A stretch of DNA of 40,082 nt, from NCBI GenBank assembly GCA_900545125.1, contig UQXS01000001.1, forward strand, positions 1 to 40,082, in the 5' to 3' direction. This stretch comes from an uncultured Ruminococcus sp. (GTDB taxonomy: Bacteria; Bacillota; Clostridia; Oscillospirales; Ruminococcaceae). Every line of letters starts with the position of its first letter. The stretch's first letter is position 1. Shown here piece after piece: positions 37,887-40,082 of the stretch. The translations under genes were made by a program, and so were the position numbers. The notes under the pieces are model-generated. The model made no database searches. It was not told the origin of the DNA and worked only from the letters and a program-made list of their open reading frames with translations.

Positions 37887-40082
37887 ATGAAAAAAATAAT
37901 ATCAATTGCAGCTGCGGCAGCTCTCTGTCTCGGAGCAGTCTCCTGCGGAAATAAGAAACAAAATAAGCAGAAAGATCCCTCCGGCAACGCTGCTCCGCTT
38001 TACAGTTACAATTCGGCATATGTAGAAATTGCTGATGAATTTGACAGGATCTTGTCTATGGATATGGACAGACAATCGGGACAGATACTTCTTTTTGGTC
38101 AGACAGGATCGGGCGGATACAGCGGTCTGGTAACGGATACCTCCTTTTCGGACAGAGAAAATTTCACCTTTTCCGCCGCCGAAAACGAGACTGTTCTCGG
38201 CGCAGGATTTGCAGGGGCAGGGAAGAAAGCTATACTTTCCCATAAGGACGGTACTGTCGCTATCCATATCATTCTGCCGGACGGTACAGAAGAAAAAATC
38301 CTGTACTCCGAAGCTGTTCCGGAAATAAATCCGGATAAAAATACCATAGGATATATATATCCCTGCGGCGAAGGATTTGTGGTGCGCATAGGAGAAACCG
38401 TACTTTTCATGGACAGCGGCGGTGAATCCGAAGAAATAAATACAAAGGGTTCGGATATATACGGTATTTTCGGCGACGGAGACAGCGGTGTGACCCTACT
38501 TCTCAATAACGGCGGAACTGTCGGCACTGCTTCAGTGAACGGAACGGATATCAGCAGCTTGCAGAAGTGTGAATATATCGGTTCGTCGGCGTTTGCCATG
38601 TGCTGCGGAACAGAAAGATTTTCCTGTATTTCGGCGTTTTCAGACGGGATATACGGTCTCGAAAACGCCGAATGGGTAAAACTTTCCGATCTGACAGACG
38701 CACCTTTTCAGAGCATAAATATCCTCGGAATCATTATGACAGCGGAAAACGAATTTGCCGTTCTTGTATGGACGAAAAGCGGTACGGCGGTTTATTTGCT
38801 GACGGAGCGTGATATATCGCAATTAAAATCCAAAAAAGTAATAAAAATAGCAACAGTTTCCGATATGGGATATATCTCCGACATGATACGTGAATACAAC
38901 GACTCGCATCAGGACGGCGATTATTGTATGGAAATGGTGAATTATTCCTATCAGGACGACACCGGTCAGACAGGTGCTGAACTGCTGAAAAATGATATTG
39001 CCAACGGAAACGCTCCAGATCTTGTAACCTATCCCATCAGCGGCATAGATCTCAACGGATATTATATTGATCTCTACAAATATATCGACAAAGATCCGGA
39101 TATATCAAGGGAAGATTTTATCCCGAATATTCTTGACGCAATATCATGTGACGGAAAACTGCCGTACATCATTCCCACTTTTCAGGTAAAAACCATGATT
39201 GCAAAGTCAAAGTTTCCGTTTATAGAAGAAAACTGGAGCTGCGATGATTTCATATCTGCCTTTAAGTCTCTGCCGGACGGCATGAAGCTGACCAACGGAC
39301 TTGAATATAAACTTATGCAGGATAATTTCAGCGACTTTGTTAATATCTATGACTTCGTGGATTATGAAAGTTCACTGTGCAGCTTTGATTCGCAGGAGTT
39401 TGAGGATATGCTCGATCTGGTGAGGGATAATCACATGGGAATGACGCAGGAAGAAGCGAGCTTTTTTGACGGCAATATTCCGCCTGAAGATCCTATGGAT
39501 ATTTCAAAAGACAAAATACTTACTCCCGGAGCATTACAGTACAGTATTTCCAGCAGATATGGACTATGGTCAGCTATTTTGACGATGATATTACATTTGC
39601 AGGAATACCGTCTCTGAACGGCAGCGGTTCATACGCCGTGCAGGGTGTAAATGAAACGGAACTTTCTATTCCACATAATGCGGAAAATCCGGACGGTGCA
39701 TGGGACTTCATAAAATTTTTCTTTTCAGATCAGGGCTATCAGGCGAATCGTCTGGGAATTCCGATATATCAGGAACACTTTGACAAAACAGCCGATCATT
39801 GCCTGAAAAATGAGCCGGGCAGCGAAGATATGGCATATCTGCCGGAGGACGGCTGGATAACGGCGGTACGATATAAGAACGCCGAGGGTACGGAATACGA
39901 AATAATTGAGCCGCTGACAGAAAAAGAACTTGAACAATACAAAAATTTTATCTATAATGCGGCAAAAAAATACTGCCGGAAAGACAGCGAATTGGAACTG
40001 ATTTTATATGAGGAGCTTCAGGAGTTCTTTAACAGCGATAAATCAGCCGAAGAAACAGCGGAAATGATTCAGAACAGAGCAT
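37887..40082 (+). pseudogene. tandem paralogue solute-binding lipoprotein, frameshifted near 39535-39546; runs off the window
   Basis: First frame stops at 39617. A second frame continues SYFDDDITFAGIPSLNGSGSY...AWDFIK...DKSAEETAEMIQNRA, matching the upstream paralogue. Confidence 0.85.

Overview
Firmicute chromosomal window, most consistent with a Ruminococcus-like Oscillospiraceae genome (inferred from gene content and style, not from a search). It is mostly housekeeping: a truncated FAD oxidoreductase, ilvC-ilvD, leuC-leuD-leuB-DUF815 ATPase-ilvA-ridA, nadA-hydE with two U32-like paralogues (the second interrupted by one in-frame TAG), a nucleoside kinase, thrS with a Thr T-box, murA, two cyclophilins, a membrane GDPD, GH13-glgP, a SipW-like membrane protein, rplJ-rplL with an L10 leader, a YfhO protein and two tandem solute-binding lipoproteins (the second frameshifted). 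The main unusual feature is an AT-rich array of four small promoter-less genes between ilvD and leuC (4013-5668). Each gene is preceded by a copy of the ilvD 3' end (core ATAAGGG at 3984, 4491, 4883, 5321; peptide ADKGAIIN), and there is also a stranded copy of the leuC start. This looks like an integron-like cassette array whose recombination site is the ilvD C-terminal coding sequence, with no integrase in the window. Secondary signals are three long palindromic or MITE-like intergenic elements (one sitting in a 27-bp duplicated terminator) and lipoprotein paralogues with near-identical ends but divergent middles.
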